From a virus (Duplodnaviria; Caudoviricetes): DNA of 64,000 bases. The position numbers and the translations under genes are program-made. This document shows positions 61,599 to 64,000 of the stretch, in pieces. Under the pieces are notes generated by a model. The model was given only the letters and a program-made list of their open reading frames with translations. It was not told the origin of the DNA and did no database searches. The stretch is taken from positions 32,001 through 96,000 of the IMG/VR virus record IMGVR_UViG_3300024346_000014; one strand, given 5' to 3'. The first letter of the stretch is position 1; each line of letters starts with the position of its first letter.

Positions 61599-63575
61599 AT
61601 GAAATCTTTTAAGGACATATTAAACGAAGACTCAATTGAAGGAAAACCAGATCAAATGGCTGTTCCGTATGCAGATACTCTCGCACAAAATGTAAATGTA
61701 AGAGAAATACCGGCCGGATCAAATAGAAGCCCTGAAATAGACAGATATTTTGATTTAGTAGGATTGAACAATAGAAAAAAAGGAAAGAATGGTTATCCAT
61801 GGTGTGCTGCTTTTGTTTACGCAATGTTTGATGATTTTTGTAAAAAACTAGGATTAAAAAATCCAGTTATTAAAACAGCCGGTGTAATGAAACACTGGAA
61901 TAAGGCAGATTCTTCTTTAAAAATACCCATTGCTAAGGCTAGAAATAACCCTGGTTTAGTAAAACCTGGACAGGTTTTTATTCAAAGCAGAGATGGCGGA
62001 GGTCATACTGGTATAGTAACCGCGGTGGACTCAAAAAATAAAACTTTTACCACAATAGAAGGAAATACAAACGATAAACTTTCAGGAGAAGGTCATCGTG
62101 TAGGTAGAAATACCAGAAAACTTTCACAGGGAAGTTTAATAGGTTTCATAGATTATTTTAAAGGACATAGAAGTGAAAAATTTGAAAAGACAATATCTAC
62201 TGTTGTTGCAGATGCTCCTACTGATTATTCTAGTGAAGAATACATCGGAGGTCTTTCTAAAAACGATATTAAAAAGATACAATTAGTCTTAATAAAATTA
62301 AACTACGATTTAGGCACCTTTGGACCTAATAAGGATGGAGTCGATGGTGAGATAGGTACTAAAACAACTGATGCAGTTAATGATTGGAAATTAAAAAATA
62401 ACATGAAAGCTGATTCTATCATAGACAAAGATTTATACACTTTAATGACTAAGGATAGTAAATTTAAAGATAAGTTAACATCAGGTGGAAATAGACAAAT
62501 TGACATAGGATTAGATAATTATACAAGCCCAGTGCAAAAAATGGTTAATAAACCTATCAAAGTGATAATGCCGGGTTTATTTCCAAATAAAATAATAACA
62601 GTTGATGCTACCAATGTTTCAAAGGATCCAGACCTCGTAATAAAACGAGCTATTATAGAGAATACAGGAACGGCTAGTAAATTTTCTGATTTGATTCTTG
62701 AAAGGAACATATTTAAGAGAATACGAGATGCTAAAAGAGCAAATGATACAAAATTAGCCGATTATTACAGAGATGGTAGAGTAAAAACCAGTCCAATAGA
62801 TGGGACTGGACCATCTAACACGGCTGATATCAAGAACATAGTTAGTTCTAAACCTGAAGTTGATATAATTTATAACAAAGAATTAAACGTTTTTTATCTA
62901 AAAGCCTTTAATTCAAGCGCAATAGAGGCTTTAGGAACAGCTGATATTATTAAAATGGAGCCTAAGGATTTTAAAGAATTACAAATCGCATTTAAAGATG
63001 CGGCACCTAATAAAACGCAGACACCTAGTCCTGAAGCAAATACACTAACTGCTAATGTAAATTCTACATTATCGAGCGTTAAGTCTATTCCAATGAACGA
63101 TAGAGAAAAAACAATTAAAGGAGCGGCTATAGCCAATGCTTTAGTAAAAGACTTAAATGTTACTAAAGAAGTTGCAGCAGGTGTGGTTGGAAATTTATGG
63201 GCAGAAAGCGGACTAATACCGGATAGAATACAAGGATCCGGCGTAAAAAGAGGAACTCTTCCTCAAGCAAATAATGGAGGTTACGGATGGGCTCAATATA
63301 CTCATCCTAGTTTAAAGACTGACTTAATAGCGTTTGCTAAGAAAAAAGGAGTAGATCTAAATACCCAACCGATGACAGATGAATTAAATTATGAATATTT
63401 GAAACATTGGATATCTAAAAACAGCAGTAAATTCTCTACGCTAAAATCGCAATCTGATGTTAGAAACGCAACTAATTATTTTTTAACTAAATATGAAAGA
63501 CCTGCTGATCAATCTGAAAGAGCCTTGGATAAAAGAGCAAATTTCGCAAACACTGTCTATTCAGAAATGGCTTAG
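61599..63575 (+). CDS. modular peptidoglycan hydrolase: CHAP, PG-binding and phage tail lysozyme domains
   Basis: PWCAAFV...GHTGIV...IEGNT; GVDGEIGTKT; GNLWAESG...GYGWAQYT...YERPA; start MKSFKDILNE at 61599. Confidence 0.88.
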   Translation: MKSFKDILNEDSIEGKPDQMAVPYADTLAQNVNVREIPAGSNRSPEIDRYFDLVGLNNRKKGKNGYPWCAAFVYAMFDDFCKKLGLKNPVIKTAGVMKHWNKADSSLKIPIAKARNNPGLVKPGQVFIQSRDGGGHTGIVTAVDSKNKTFTTIEGNTNDKLSGEGHRVGRNTRKLSQGSLIGFIDYFKGHRSEKFEKTISTVVADAPTDYSSEEYIGGLSKNDIKKIQLVLIKLNYDLGTFGPNKDGVDGEIGTKTTDAVNDWKLKNNMKADSIIDKDLYTLMTKDSKFKDKLTSGGNRQIDIGLDNYTSPVQKMVNKPIKVIMPGLFPNKIITVDATNVSKDPDLVIKRAIIENTGTASKFSDLILERNIFKRIRDAKRANDTKLADYYRDGRVKTSPIDGTGPSNTADIKNIVSSKPEVDIIYNKELNVFYLKAFNSSAIEALGTADIIKMEPKDFKELQIAFKDAAPNKTQTPSPEANTLTANVNSTLSSVKSIPMNDREKTIKGAAIANALVKDLNVTKEVAAGVVGNLWAESGLIPDRIQGSGVKRGTLPQANNGGYGWAQYTHPSLKTDLIAFAKKKGVDLNTQPMTDELNYEYLKHWISKNSSKFSTLKSQSDVRNATNYFLTKYERPADQSERALDKRANFANTVYSEMA

Positions 63576-63581
63576 TAAAGC

Positions 63582-63941
63582 TTATGTATGAAAAGGCTTA
63601 ATGTACTTTAGTTTATTTGAATAAGAAATGCTTTCTAAAGCAGAAGAACCTGATCCTTGTATTCCCATTATTTCATTATACTTTTCATCTGATATTTGAT
63701 GATTAGTGTATAATTCTTGAATTTCCCTTTCATTTTCTTCTTTAGCTCTAGCATATACATATGCAGGAAAACTAGGAAGACCCATTCGTTCAGCGTTGTA
63801 ATTTAAATGTCTTTGTAAATCGTACACTAACTCGTCTTCTTTTAATTCAGTTTCAGGCCTATCCTTTAACTGTTGATCTATATAAGGTACGTCTATAACT
63901 GAACCTTTTCTTTTCCTTTCATTAGACGAATGTTCTTCCAT
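63582..63941 (-). CDS. hypothetical protein (may extend beyond the window)
   Basis: C-terminal LES...KLKYIKPF resembles the leader motif. Confidence 0.55.
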   Translation of the reverse strand: MEEHSSNERKRKGSVIDVPYIDQQLKDRPETELKEDELVYDLQRHLNYNAERMGLPSFPAYVYARAKEENEREIQELYTNHQISDEKYNEIMGIQGSGSSALESISYSNKLKYIKPFHT

Positions 63942-64000
63942 TCTGTCATTTAGTTCTTGAGTAGATATGAGATCTTCTATGCCTTCTTTTTCGAAATCCG

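Overview
AT-rich (about 30% GC by eye) segment of a large, T4-like/jumbo tailed phage, most likely infecting a Bacteroidota (Flavobacteriales-type) host. Host evidence: Bacteroidia-type bS21, DUF4494-like and T9SS-cargo-like (PLPVEL) genes, and A-rich starts with no Shine-Dalgarno. The window has three zones. (1) 1-12.7 kb and 38.5-64 kb: metabolic, structural and late genes (DEDD exonuclease, thyA, SleB-like hydrolase, fibre-like proteins, J-domain protein, DOT1-like methyltransferase, ART-like protein, sugar-nucleotide enzymes, PAS histidine kinase plus receiver, class III adenylate cyclase, annexin-like protein, bS21, Nudix, CHAP/lysozyme). Many follow a T4-late-like TATAAATA box and begin with a shared leader resembling the T4 capsid-targeting sequence. 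(2) About 14-36.3 kb: an all-minus-strand array of short genes built from about 25 copies of a ~90-bp promoter/inverted-repeat/start element plus terminators; it includes 3 tRNAs, a sigma factor, a RadA-like ATPase, and HD and 2H hydrolases. (3) Two GC-richer non-coding boundaries (12.7-13.2 kb and 36.3-37 kb). Most striking: a lone IS607-type serine recombinase with its catalytic Ser replaced by Asp sits behind a cluster of a 10-mer (ACTACGGAGT) that recurs exactly 15 times, always on one strand, often about 1.7-2.1 kb apart, and inside genes in all three reading frames. All protein calls come from motif recognition by eye; no database searches were run.
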